Source: Takakia lepidozioides (Eukaryota > Plantae > Bryophyta). From it: a DNA stretch of 64,000 nt. Of this stretch, positions 1 to 11,696 are shown piece after piece. The number at the start of each line of letters is the position of its first letter. Position 1 is the stretch's first letter. The notes below the pieces were generated by a model that saw only the letters and a program-made list of their open reading frames with translations, ran no database searches and was not told the origin of the DNA. The stretch lies in contig CM060732.1 in the NCBI GenBank assembly GCA_030704615.1, positions 67,890,001 through 67,954,000 of the forward strand, written 5' to 3'. Both the position numbers and the translations under genes were made by a program.

Positions 1-2863
1 TGAAGATCCATTAGTAATATATTAATTTTGGAGCTTTCCTCAGAAGAGCTGTATCCTGCTGGAGGTATTCATCAGGAATTTTTTAGCTAGATGAATGAAG
101 GATGTACTCTACAAAAAGTTCTTATCATACTCGTTGGGGCACAAGGTCACTTTACAAGCGGTCATGTGTTCAAAGCCACAGGTGTGTATGTTGGGTGTCA
201 CCCATACTAGCCAACCCAGTAATAAAAACAGGGGTCGTTGGGTCAACCCGTCTTTGGAGTCCTTGGGGGAGATTTGGGCAACCGTGTTGCCCTTGCCCCA
301 GTTACGGCTGGTATAAGGTGTCCACCTTCTCAACAGAAGGCTGTAGTCCCTTTCAGGGTGAAGTGACACCATAATACTTTGGTGGGAGTCAAACTTTTCA
401 CTTTTTTTTGGTCAGACTGAAAAGACAGGCCTTACCATGTGAGTGTAGTACCTACCTTCGAGTAGAATCTGTATGTGAGGGTCTGTCACGTTTAATCATC
501 AGTAAAAAGGAAGAGACACTAGTAATCCTTATCAACATCTTTCTCTTGTATTAACTAATTTGACGTGGAGTTGTTGACTGGTGGGTGGATTGGGTATCCT
601 AATACAGGAAGGGAAGCTGAGGATTCTAAGGCACGATCGAACACCTCGACATCTGCACGCCCATCAAGGCCTTGAAGATGATCTTCTTCAGGTACATTGT
701 CGATTCTTTTCATGCTTGACTTTACAGTCTAATATGTCATGATGGCTACAGAAGGAGTAGGTGAACCATTTCAGCCTGTTTAAATGTCAGAGGCCCTTTT
801 CCAATACTTCTTACTTGCTGGGTTCACACGAGGGTGCAGAGTAAGGGTGTGTCCACCCCGGCCCAGCCTCAGAAACATCAATCAGGAAGATTGCAGCTTA
901 ATGGGGGCATGCTCTAGAGCCTATGCTACTCTGTTGCTGGACATTTCTCATTAGCTGATCCAGAGTTTCTTTGAATCAAACGAACAAGTTGAAAGGTTCA
1001 CATCTAATGCTGGTTTTTTCGCATTATCTAGCAGGCGGAGACATCGGACCCCCTAAGCTTTGGCATGGTTCCAGACATTGATGAGCCCTTTTGACAGTGC
1101 CTTCGACTGCCATGTGCATAAACCATCATTGAGCATTCGAGTGAGTAGACTGGCACTCAAGTCATTGTGTCAGGCTTGTTTCCACTATGGGTAATTTCTG
1201 TACTGCATCTCTCCAGAGGGGATTGTATGGATCCAATTTACGCCCAGTTTACTACATGTGACGCGACAAGAGGTAAACAACAAAACATGAGAACGTATTA
1301 GATGAGGCAGTTTGAACTTCACAGTTTTGACCTACACCAGAGTTTTTCAAAATGCATTGAGCAATGTATTCACAGAGTGGGTTTCGGTAAACCAAAACTC
1401 AAATCCAATGTTGCCTACATGAGGGCTTTCAACATCCCCCCAAGGTAACTGAAGGAAATGTAGAGTCTCAAGAGTTTCTTCGCACCATTTTCCACTAAAA
1501 TGAATGAGTTCAGTGCATCGAAAGGGAAGAGTGGGGAGAGGAGGTGAACTCTTTGTATGAATGTCCATCAGTCCACGCACTTCAGGCTGAAGTTATCTAG
1601 GGGCCATCAAGGAGAACAATCTAATGTATCCATTGGGCCAATCTTCATGCCTTTGTACCCATGAGCATAACCATTCTGGTGTTTCGCTGGGATTGCAGAT
1701 TAGGCATAGATTTGGCAAAACAGATAATACTTTCCTGAACTGTATGATGTTCTCCCAAACCTAAATGGCCACATGTAGGCATATTCCCTGAGAGAGAACT
1801 CCTGGCCTTTGTGGTGTGCACTAAATGTAGTACATGACATGCAAGTTCACTTGTACTCTGTCTAATCCACATATAGGGCAACCAAAGCTCCAACCATGAT
1901 GACTTCTTTTCCTTATCCAACACCATGTCCATTCACTCACTTGGTTGGGAGTTTCTGCCTTGCCTGGGCATACCAGGGTGATCCCGGGTTCAACCATTCA
2001 ACATGTTCCTTCAACCATCCATCTGGCTCTCCAAGGCCTGTGCATTCAGCAGTAAGCTCTGTAAATTTGCTGAATGTTTAATGCACTTTGTTTTTCCCTT
2101 TTTTTTTTTTTTTTCTTTTTTCATGTTGTCTCGATTCATCCGAGATGTGAAGTGGTTCTTTTTTATGTTAAACTTCGGTTTAGTGGCCAATTCTACTTTC
2201 TTGAGATCATAGTGTGAACATACCTGCTGGAAAGGGACCCCATGATTGTCTGGCTACACGTTTACTTGTACAAGGAAAGGAGACCAAGATGGACAGCAGT
2301 AAGGATGAGAAAAGAAATGAAGGATGAGGCAGGAGGTGTCCAGCACATCAAAACCCCATCTCATGCGTCAACAACTGGGATGATTTTTGCTATGAAAAAA
2401 AAAACTAGAGTGTTGCAACATACCGGTACTGTCAATTCCGCAAGAAATAAGGTGGCCCAAAAGTTAGGAGGGCAAGTAAATTTTTGCGGAGGTGATCATT
2501 ACGCAGATACAGAAGGCGGAAGGCAGTGGAAAAGTCAGCACCAGTGATGCTCTTAGTTGGCTTTCCAAGTCAAGCTGGGCATGTGAGCTGCTTTCACAGA
2601 AAAGTAGAGCACCCACTGCATGTTTAACATCATCTACTTGTTTATGTGATACATTCCTTGAAAACCTCCTGTTTCGTACAATCGAGATACTCACGAACGT
2701 GATCACAGAGCCGATTCGGTTATCCATGAAGTAGTATAGTACTCGGACCTCAGCTCAGTTTCTAAAAGTAAATAGATTCCAAGATACTTGGATACATGTT
2801 AAGAAATTAGGATAAAGTTAAGCTTTCCTCCACTTGAAAACAATCAGCATGGAAGTTCTTACT

Positions 2864-3492
2864 GCAGCCAGGGTTCGGGGACCCAACATGGCCAGACAGG
2901 ATGTCTCCTTCATCGGTGCTACAAACCAGACATGAAGTTTCCGTCATGCCATATCCTGCGGTAACTCGCCCCCCCACAGCATCTGCACCCACCCCACATT
3001 TAATAAGAGTACATCCTTGACATATTGGAGCACATCTGGACAAATTGCGAAGTACAAATTTAACTTGACAGTGCGCTCTGTAAATCAGGTGCCACTAGCG
3101 AAGAACGGCACACCAATTCAAACGCGCATGCCCATCTGAGCACAGGAAGGAAAGATATTGAGTTCATTCCGAGAGTATGAATCGTTTTTATAAGAGGCAC
3201 ATGTATATCTATGTCGACCCCAATGGAGCTTGTACTGCCAGGAGAGTTTGAGAAGGTAAAGATGAAGAACCCAGCAGATCATTTGAATGCTGAGAACCTG
3301 AAATCAAATGCGTCCCCTGAAGAAGAAATCCCCTGGGAGAGCTTTGACAGATTGCTCCTCAAATTTCACCCATTTTTTCTTCTAACAGCCATCCTTAGCA
3401 AGTCCATAATGGGTAAGCAGATTTGCAAGCATACGATGTTCATGCAGATGTTCGTGCGCAACTTATCTCAAGTGGCAATAGAGCTTGACCCC
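2864..3492 (-). pseudogene. Remnant of a peroxisomal long-chain acyl-CoA synthetase (LACS6/LACS7-like) gene
   Basis: An exon translates to GGRVTAGYGMTETSCLVCSTDEGDILSGHVGSPNPGC (LACS6/7 signature GYGMTETSC...GHVGSPNP) and ends at a GTAAG donor. Upstream pieces read PDVLQY and (W>stop)DKL. The pieces do not join in frame and no further exons were recognised. Confidence 0.7.
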
Positions 3493-4165
3493 TGCAAATG
3501 GAAACTAATTAACCCTTCCTGGCAGGTTTTGTTGGGTTTGCAGTTTGCAGCAACCAGGCCAAAAAGTTCTGCAAGATGGCCAGTAATTTAAGCTCTTTGT
3601 GCCCTCGTAAACACAGCGCATCGGTTCCAGGATTACACACACTTCTTTCTAGAATGGTTCCATATGCATTCACCCCTGGATAATATTACATGAACCTCGG
3701 CTGAGAGCTCACAGACTGCGAGATGTCATCATTATGCTAGGAAACTTACAGAAAGTGAACAACTAAGCTCTGATCCTTATCGACAAGATCACCTTGCAGG
3801 CGTGATTAGCCCAAGGTGTTACTCTCTCTTGTATGGAGAGAAGACCTAAGTACTCAGTTTAGTTTGCCCCCAAGGTGAAAAAAACAAGGCCACAAACAAG
3901 TCTGCGTGATATTATAAAACATGAGGCGGAGAAAGTGCCAAACAGTTGATAAACAATATAACACTGTATTTGAAGCTTGTCAGTTCAAAATGCAGAAGGA
4001 CAATAAAATAGAACACATTCTAGAAACTCCCGAAAGGTCTCAACGTGAGGCCTGCATCATCAGGCTCAAGTTATTTACGCTAGCTACTGCAGCCCTTCCT
4101 TCTCTTCTAACGATAAACGTATGTACTTTATGGTCTAGATAGTGATCTGGCGTGAAAACCAGGCC

Positions 4166-4553
4166 TCAAGTGTGATAAACGTTAACGTTCACTGTAGGAT
4201 TAGTGAAGCCATAAATGTAGCCTCCCACAAGGCCATTCAGTTGACACTGTTCGATGATGGCAGCTAAATAGTTCCCGGCTTGTTGGCATGGGACACATTG
4301 CCCGCAGTCACCACATATGTCGGTGGCCGCTGTTCCAGCAGGGCACGTATTGGTGCAGCCACCGCAATTATTTTGACAGCAGTCAGTGTTACCTTTAGCG
4401 ATCAGATAGTTCTCGCAGCTGTTCGCATCGGCGGCACTAGGACTGCCTCCGCTGACATGGCATACTGCGTCCCGTTTACTCGTCCGCTTGCAAGAGGATC
4501 GTGAGGAATGCAAAGAGCAGTTGCAACCCTGAGAGCATGCTACGGGATGCCAT
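4166..4553 (-). CDS. Small secreted cysteine-rich protein, fungal-effector-like (frameshift between signal peptide and mature part; pseudogene or assembly error)
   Basis: ATG at 4553 gives the signal peptide MASRSMLSGLQLLFAFLTILLQA, then a stop. An adjacent frame gives a 101-aa, 12-Cys domain, DAVCHVSGGSPSAADANSCENYL...CQLNGLVGGYIYG...VYHT*. A TGTGCAG acceptor at ~4610 suggests a 5'UTR intron. Confidence 0.65.
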
Positions 4554-5212
4554 GCTGAAGGAGGACGTGGCAGGATGCGGCTACTGGAGTTGTTGGGGTA
4601 TGGCGAGAACTGCACAACGCATTTGGTTTTGTGTCAGGGATACATGTCAAAAACCAAGAGAGACACAAAGCAGAGATTGAGGTGGCCACATGGCCAGCCG
4701 CCACATTGAGCAACGTCGAGTGAAGTATACACTAAAGAGAATCTCGAAAGCGTCATGCAAGTTGAATGTCATGCAAGTTGAATCGCTTCCGCATTAAAGG
4801 TCTTTCAACTCCTGTCAGCGTTCTAACACTTTTCAATTCCTAGCAAGAACTAAGAGGTAATGTAGATTGAAGGGCCCTGAGGCTACATTTAGCGGCCAAT
4901 TGACTACATTTCGAGATAAGCTATGGCGTTTCAATAACTCGGTCATCCTGCACAGATCAAGACATCATGAGCTCGACAACAACGACTAAGCTTGAATCCT
5001 CAGCGTTTCTGTACATGTTTATAGGTTGATGAATCCTCTACTGACAGTAATAAGGCTCATAAGGCGGTTGGCAGATCACCCACGTTGATCACTGCACTTG
5101 CAAGTCGGTTGGAAGAGGTCCTCTAGATAGAAGCACGCTCAAAGATTTGTTGCGCTAGTGAACCAGAGGGATGTCGCCTTGTCTGTGTGGAAGATCACGG
5201 TGGCTCCTCCAG

Positions 5213-5222
5213 TTTATATATA
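5213..5222 (-). promoter_or_regulatory. Putative TATA box of the Cys-rich protein gene
   Basis: TATATATAAA on the minus strand, upstream of the putative 5'UTR intron and ATG at 4553. Confidence 0.4.
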
Positions 5223-5489
5223 CTCTCGCAGATCCGTAATTATGACCGTCCAACCCGATCGCGAATAAGGAAACGTAGAAAGAGCACCGCACTACGCCAG
5301 TGAGTAAACTTTGTAGCCCATGACTTTAAAACCAGATGTACAAGGGGGTGGTGGATGAAGGGCGTCCCATAAGTTCATACAATGTTTGTTTCCTCTCTCT
5401 CCCAAGTTTTTGTGTACAATACCACTACTCTCCAAGACCAAGACCAACACAAAATGCAATGATGCTATTGGCCGAGGACATTTTCTTGG

Positions 5490-6105
5490 TCATTGAAGGA
5501 TTTGGCACTCTGAATGGTTTGCCAATCCTTAAGGTTTACTCTAGAAGAATTAAATCTTCGCCTGAAGGATTTGGCACTCTGCATGGTTTGCCAATCCTTA
5601 AAGTTTACTCTAGACGCCCAAAATCTACACATGGGCAACCTATCCCCCTTTGGAGAGCGGTTGGTCGTTCAGGAGCAATCATAGGCTCCCTCGACCGCAA
5701 ACAATCCATATGCAAAAGGCTGGCTTGCGGCTGGGCACTTTCAACTTCTGGGGGTTGACTAACCAAAGGAAACAATTTGAAGTGGGACAAGTTCTTCAGT
5801 CAAATGGTATTCATATCTGTGCTGGGCAAGAGACATGGGAAACTTCGGACAAACTAGTTGGAGATGTCAACGGCTACCATTGGTTTGGCAAGATGTGTGC
5901 GCTTAAGGTGACCTCTGCCAAGCGTGGGCAAAAAGGTGTTGGCTTCTTTGTCCGAGATTTCTTGTGTGACAATTGTGAAATTATCAACAAGGATTTGCGG
6001 TATGAGCAGAGTATCTGAAATTGAAGGGCAGCTTGAGTAGGAAGGACCTCTTTGTGGGATGTGTTTACATGCCCACAGAGGGGACCCTTAGTGCTGACGC
6101 TTAAA
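5490..6105 (+). mobile_element. Degenerate 5' fragment of LINE family A (N-terminal repeats plus start of AP endonuclease)
   Basis: Two EGFGTL[N/H]GLPILKVYSRR units are followed by GLRLGTFNFWGL...ICAGQETW...GVGFFVR, homologous to 28200-29050. Confidence 0.85.
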
Positions 6106-6399
6106 GTAGCGACCAAGACCAAGAAAGTTAGGAATGACATGGCATCCACGTGGCACTGATGTGTCAGAGTCCTTCACACCAGTCATGCCTTAAAAGACTG
6201 TACACTCAACAAGTGGGTGGGGCTGGAAGCAGTAAATGCTCGCTGACCATTCTCACTCACCCTTTGCTTAGAAGGGTAACCCATTTGAAAACCCTGGGAC
6301 AACATATGAGTAGAATTAGAGGTCTTACAACGAAACCGTATGTGAGGGGATTTTATTGGCAGAGACTTTGCCTCATGTTGAGAAAATTGGTATGCTCAT

Positions 6400-7290
6400 G
6401 TCCTTGATACGGAAGCCCAAAAGGCCATACTAGTAAATATTCCAAAAGCCCAGGACAAGATTCTCTAGTCCGGGCCTAAGATTATAAAATTCTTTAGAAT
6501 ATTCTCTAGCCCAGGCTTAATATTCCAAAAGCCCCGGATAGATTCTAGAGCCCGGGCTTAAGATCTGGATGGGATTCCCATCCTAGGGACTTGGATGAAA
6601 AACATGAGTCATGTCTCATGTCCCCTAACTAACCCTAGTTGACCTTGGGTCAGCTCTTATAGTTGTGGAGAGGATAGGGTAGGTGGTGAGCGAAGTACTT
6701 AAAGGTGAAATAGCCCAACTGAGGGAGTAGAGTACATACACTTTTCTTACGGTTCACATCTGTCGATCATCTCGATTGCGAGTTCTGCATCAGTTTTGTG
6801 GTTGGCAAGTCTACTCATGGCTGGTCCTTATAAATACTACCTACGGTTACAGAGAGTGACTGACTGTAGCAGCCACAGATCTTGTATACATTCAAGCTTC
6901 TCTCGTGATCAGTGCTGCAAGATGCCACTGACAATTGTGGAACAGTAAATGCTTATCACTGCCCGGATCTCAATTGTACATTCAATAAGCTTATTGATGA
7001 TCGTAGGCACTGTATTATACTTCAACTCCTTATGTGAGAGATCAGCCAGGATCGAATAGCAGCTTGAGACTGGAGATATTCTAACTTCAAACCTCTAGAG
7101 CACTCGATCGGTAGGAGATTCAAAATATCTTATTTGAAGAAAGCTCGAGCACTCCAAGCTCCAACCATCGCGCAAACTGCTCGTGCTATGTCAGGTACAA
7201 CTAATACATATAAGTTGTATTTTAAAGACATACAAGTTAAATACATGGTATATACTTAGACCCTTGGTCAACTAGGGTTACTTAGGGTAT
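6400..7290. repeat. LTR-like repeat fragment(s) with short tandem repeats and a ~28-bp inverted repeat
   Basis: Tandem 'ctag.ccgggcttaa/attccaaaagccc' units at 6436-6570 and CCTTATAAATA at ~6827. 'cctaactaaccctagttgaccttgggtc' (~6624-6651) recurs inverted at ~7259-7288 next to a gypsy RNase H fragment. Confidence 0.4.
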
Positions 7291-7299
7291 AGTGTAAGG

Positions 7300-7580
7300 G
7301 GCTGCGCGCTTGGATTCGCCAGGAGTAAGGGCATCAACATTGATGTTATCCTTACCTCGCTTATAGGAGATCGTGAAATCATAGGCCTGCAAAATCAGAG
7401 CCCATCTTGCCAAGTGCCCAGTTAGCTCCCTAGGTGTCATAAGAGCTTTCAATGGGAGATGATAGGTTTCAATCACAAAGGAACAACCATGTATGTATTG
7501 GCAAAAATATTTGACACCAAACACACTGCTAACCCTTCCTTGTCAGTTATAGAATAATTACGTTCATGTTTGTCTAAGTT
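7300..7580 (-). mobile_element. Ty3/gypsy pol fragment (RNase H C-terminus)
   Basis: HERNYSITDKEGLAVVFGVKYFCQYIHG...GHLARWALILQAYDFTISYKRGKDNINVDAL is a typical gypsy RNase H motif set. Confidence 0.85.
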
Positions 7581-8569
7581 GTCAAGTTATTTTACCACTA
7601 GTGTGAAACTAGCTAGGGAATAGCTAGCTTTTATATATTGACATTTGGGATTGGCCCAAATGTCAATCCAGGGGTCAAGGCAGATTTAGGCCCCGGAGTG
7701 GTTATCTTCACAGCAAGCGCGGGGAGGCTCATCTTTCTCGAGTCGAGCCTCACCGCGCCTAGCTATGGCGCCATAGTGTGGATTCCCCATGGCGTGGGGT
7801 GCACTTGGCTTGACTTGTATTTGAGTGATGAGGTTATATATGCATGAGTTTATGCTTCAGCTTTGTGAGCTCGCATGAGCTTGTGCTTGTATTCTTCTTC
7901 TTTATCACTCGAGAAAGATGAGCTCGTATCTGTGAGTGCTAGATACGAGTTAGTTGTTAGCACTTGTGTGTTTTCAGATGAGAAGCAACTCAACTTAGAG
8001 TGCAGGGATCAGTGCATGAGCCTATCCAAAGCGGATAGGGTGCGAAGGCGAACAGGTTTCAGGTTTGCAATGGATATAGAGGCGGGTAGCCTGTGTTGAA
8101 GAGCAGTGTTGCATAGCTCAACGGTATGGCAGCCAAGTGTGGTGAGTGTGAAGCTACGAGGATGTTAGATGCAAGTCACAGTTATCGGGAGCTCCAACTT
8201 CAAGCTCATAAGGAGGTATGAGTGAAGAGAGATGGCTGATTTCTCTTCTATGCAAGCCAATGCATTTGTGGCTATGTTGAGTTGGGGGTTTCAATCTGAA
8301 ACTCCAGCGGTATGAGGGCTCTTGCTATGGCAAGAGCAAGGCTGGAACATGAGCTAAGAGGTGCGGCAAGGCTATGGAATGTGCACCTAGGGTTTCAGAG
8401 CTTGGAAAAAGAGCTCTTGCACCACAAGAGGGGTGTCTTGTGGCTGGAAATGTAAGCCTTAGGGTTTCAGGAGCTTGGCAAAGGTTGTGGAGTGCTTAGT
8501 CTTGTCTTAGAGAGCATCAAGGAGCCAAGGAGCCAAGATAGGGGGTTGATATTACCTCTTGTGTGAAGA

Positions 8570-9000
8570 GGAATCTGCATGTGTGGAGCATGCATTCAGC
8601 CCATTAAAGCTTCCATCTTCAAGCTTGGAGGGCAAGCAAAGAAGAGGGAAGGGCTGACTTCCCTTATATGATGGCAATGCATGTGTGGAGCATGCTTTCA
8701 GCCTGTTGAAGGCTTGTACTTCAGGTTTGGGAGTGCAAGAAATTAAGGAAAGAAGGGGTTGGTTTCCCTGTAGGGCATATGTGGAGCATGCTTTCAGCCC
8801 GCTGAAGCTTGTATTTTTAGGTTTGTGAGTGCAAGAAAAGAAGCAAAGGAGCTGATTTTCTTATGGTGAGAGTGGGGCATGTGTGGAGCATGCCTTCAGC
8901 CCATTGAGGCTCTTGTTTTCAAGCTTTAGAAAGCTAGAATGGAAGGACTAGGGCTGGTTTCCACTTGGGGTGAAAGAAAAACACTTGTAGGGCATATGTG
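8570..9000 (+). repeat. ~100-bp degenerate tandem repeats (GCATGTGTGGAGCATGC...CAGCC) inside the LTR
   Basis: The motif recurs at ~8577, 8679, 8775 and 8877. Confidence 0.75.
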
Positions 9001-9404
9001 AGTTGGGGTCTCAACTTCAAGCTTGAAGGGAGCACAACTCTTGAAGCAGCAGGTGCAAGGGCTGGATTAGGTGCAAAGAGGCGTGCTATGGTCAAGAAAA
9101 GCGCGTGAATGAGTGCCTACAAGGGCTGGAAGTCAGCCATGTTTGGTTAGTCGCCATAGGGATCAATGGCACTGTTTTGTGAGTTAAAATGAAGCTTGTG
9201 CACTTAGTTTTGGTTGCAAACATCTTCCTTTGGAATTAGAGTACTATTGGTGGTGTGTGGGAGCCATCAAGAGCAAGAATACCTTGCTGATTTCTTCACA
9301 GCCGCCATAGCTCGGTGCAAAGAAGCCTAGAGTCCAAGAGACACAAACCCTAGCTTGGCGTGGCTAAACCTTTGGAGAAATGGCTAAACCGCCATGAACG
9401 GCCA

Positions 9405-9915
9405 TGGATGGGGCTGTAACAGGCTATGCCCTTTGGCTTGCTATGATAGGTTGTGACGGGCTATGACCTGTGGCATGTGGGGCTGTGATGGGCTGTGACA
9501 GGTTGTGGCCTGTGATGCTGTGACCCTGTCACATGTGTAGGGCTGTGACCTGTGGCTTGTGGGGCTGTGACGGACTGTGACGGACTGTGATAGGCTGTGA
9601 TGGGCTGTGACAGGCTGTGTCCTGTGGCCTTTGGGGCTGTGACAGGCTGTGCCCTGTGCCTATAGGGCTGTGACAGGTTGTGGCTTGTGGGGCTGTGATG
9701 GGCTGTGACCCTGTGACCTGTGTAGGGCTGTGACAGACTATGAACTGTGGCCTGTGGGGCTGTGACAGGTTGTGGCGGCTGTGGCTTGTGGGGATATGAC
9801 GGGCTGTGATTGGCTGTGGGGCTGTGACGGCTGTGACCTGTGATCTGTGTGGGCCTGTGCTGGTCTGTGCTGGTCTGTGGTGGCCCGTGTTGACCTGTGG
9901 ACGGCCTGTGCTGAC
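9405..9915 (+). repeat. GGCTGTGA-type minisatellite inside the LTR
   Basis: Dozens of degenerate ggctgtga/cctgtgg units. They explain the spurious HS/QP-rich ORFs at 9461-10088. Confidence 0.9.
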
Positions 9916-10791
9916 TCGTGGAGGCATTGGTGGACTGCCCAAGGACTAGCATGTGGTCTTGAAGGCCAAATTTCGAAGCTCGTGGAGGGCGGTTTGAGGA
10001 GTATCTTCATGATATTCCCATGGTCATGCAAGTGAGGGAAGAGAGGAGAGGAAGAGTGTTGGGGTGAGGGCATGCTGGGGTTAGGCATTGCTTTAGCTTC
10101 TCTTCCTCGTAGTTTTCCACCCTCTCATTAGGCCAAGACCTTTCCGTAGGTGGAGGCAAGAGTTAGTCCGGGTTTGGGCTGGAATGTCCTTGCAGGAGCA
10201 ACACCGTGGAATTTTTTTTGGTGTGGGGGAGTTGTCGTTCTGATTTCTTGTGTTTGAATCCCCTTCATACCTACATGCTTGACTGTGCGCCATGTTAGTT
10301 TTGTGTGGGCGCTTGTTTTTATAGATGATTGGTCCGGATTGCTGTCGATGGTGAGCCTGGGGTGATGACCAGTCGGACCTCATTGTTTCTCCTATGGTGT
10401 GGCCCTTTGCCTTGAGGGCAGGGGGTCGGGACGCAGAGGTGTTGCCCCTGTGGTGGGGGCGGTGGCAGCAATAGGTACGGGGGGGGCTGAAGCACACTTG
10501 AGTGCCCAAGGCACTCAAGGAGGCGGAGACACTCACTAGGTGGAGCCCCGCACACTGGGTTGCGGTGGGGGTGGCTCCACAAGGGGTGGTGGTAGCTTAG
10601 TGGGACGTAGTGGGGGTGGCATAGGACTCACCATGGGGCGGAGACCTTGTGGTGGGAGTCGTGGGGAGTCTTGGGACTCACCACGGTCCAATGGGGCCGT
10701 GGTGGGTGGGCCAAGACTCACCGCGACTCATCACCGGGAATCGAGGGTCTTCCTGGTGGTTCGCCATAAAATGACATGGTTGTTTGTGAAA

Positions 10792-11696
10792 TTAGTGGTT
10801 GAAGACCATTTCTGGTTCTGCCATGTCCGCGACTTCGAACAATAGCACATTGAAAGCCTGAACATATCCCCGAATGTCATCCGTTTGCTTCAGATTCTTC
10901 ATCTTGTCCCGGGCGAGCCAGGACGCGTTGAGGGGCACAAACTGTCTCTTCATCAGTTCCTTGAACCCACTCCAGTTCAAGGTTTCCGGGTTTGGACCTC
11001 GGTCGTGAAGGCGTTTTTGCCACCATTGTTGAGTATAGCCCCTCAAATAGGTGGGAGCCACTTCCACCCGATCCTCGTTACTCAACTTGGCCGCCCGGAA
11101 GTACTGCTCTAGCTCCAAGAGCCAGGTGTTGAGTGCCTTCCGATTTCGGACGCCCTCGAAGGTGCCGGGTTCCTTAGGCTTCACCTTAAACTTTGCCTTA
11201 GTGGAAGTGACATTAGCCGCCTTCAATACGTCTTTCAACGTCCCGCCAAACTGCGCCAACAACCCTTCCCAAAAAGCTGCTGGCATGGGAGACATCTGTT
11301 GGTCTGTCGGAGCTCTCAGGGATTTCTCGGGCTCTAACTCCTCAGATTCCTCCCGTTCTTGAGAGGCCTCGTTTTCAAAAGCATGCATCGCTTCCTCAAA
11401 TGGCCGCTTCGGTGACACGTCGCCCCCATTGGGCTCACCAGGATCATCATCTTTCGGGTCGTTCCGCTTTCGCTTTGGCTTGCCCGACCCCATGATGAGG
11501 CCGATCCCAAGGACGATCGCATACTGAACTCTAAGCTCTGATACCAAGTGTCGCGCACCTCACTTCGGTAAGCTCCTCTTCAAGTCATAGTTACTCGCTT
11601 TGATGCACGCGCCTAACTCCCAACCTAGCCGCCGGGCCAACTCGGAGCTTCGGTTGCTCATCGGGACATAACGGTCCCCCTTTCTTCCCCCCAACA
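10792..11696 (-). mobile_element. 5' part of a Ty3/gypsy LTR retrotransposon: short LTR (11549-11696), tRNA-iMet PBS and truncated gag
   Basis: The minus-strand LTR runs TGTTG...GACA and is followed 2 nt later by the PBS TGGTATCAGAGC (11535-11546). The gag ORF contains KPKEPGTFEG...WLLELEQYF...YLRGYTQQWW...LKQTDDIRGYVQAF and is truncated at ~10795. Confidence 0.85.

Larger units (their letters stand above)
7636..10776 (+). mobile_element. Long LTR (family related to 20955-23589)
   Basis: Shares blocks with 20955-23589, e.g. 'ttgactgtgcgccatg.tagttt...gggcgcttg.ttttatagatg' at 10275 vs 23337 and 'attgctttagcttct'. Starts tattgacatttggga (cf. tgttggcattggga) and ends ccataaaatgaca followed by TGG. 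Boundaries approximate. Confidence 0.55.

Noticed and set aside
4475-4615. N-terminus of the 149-aa ORF with a Kex2-like KR site
   Set aside because: It starts at a GTG inside a splice acceptor and is not signal-like. The real signal peptide is in another frame from ATG 4553.
9461-10088. His/Ser/Pro/Gln-rich ORFs
   Set aside because: They are translations of the GGCTGTGA minisatellite.
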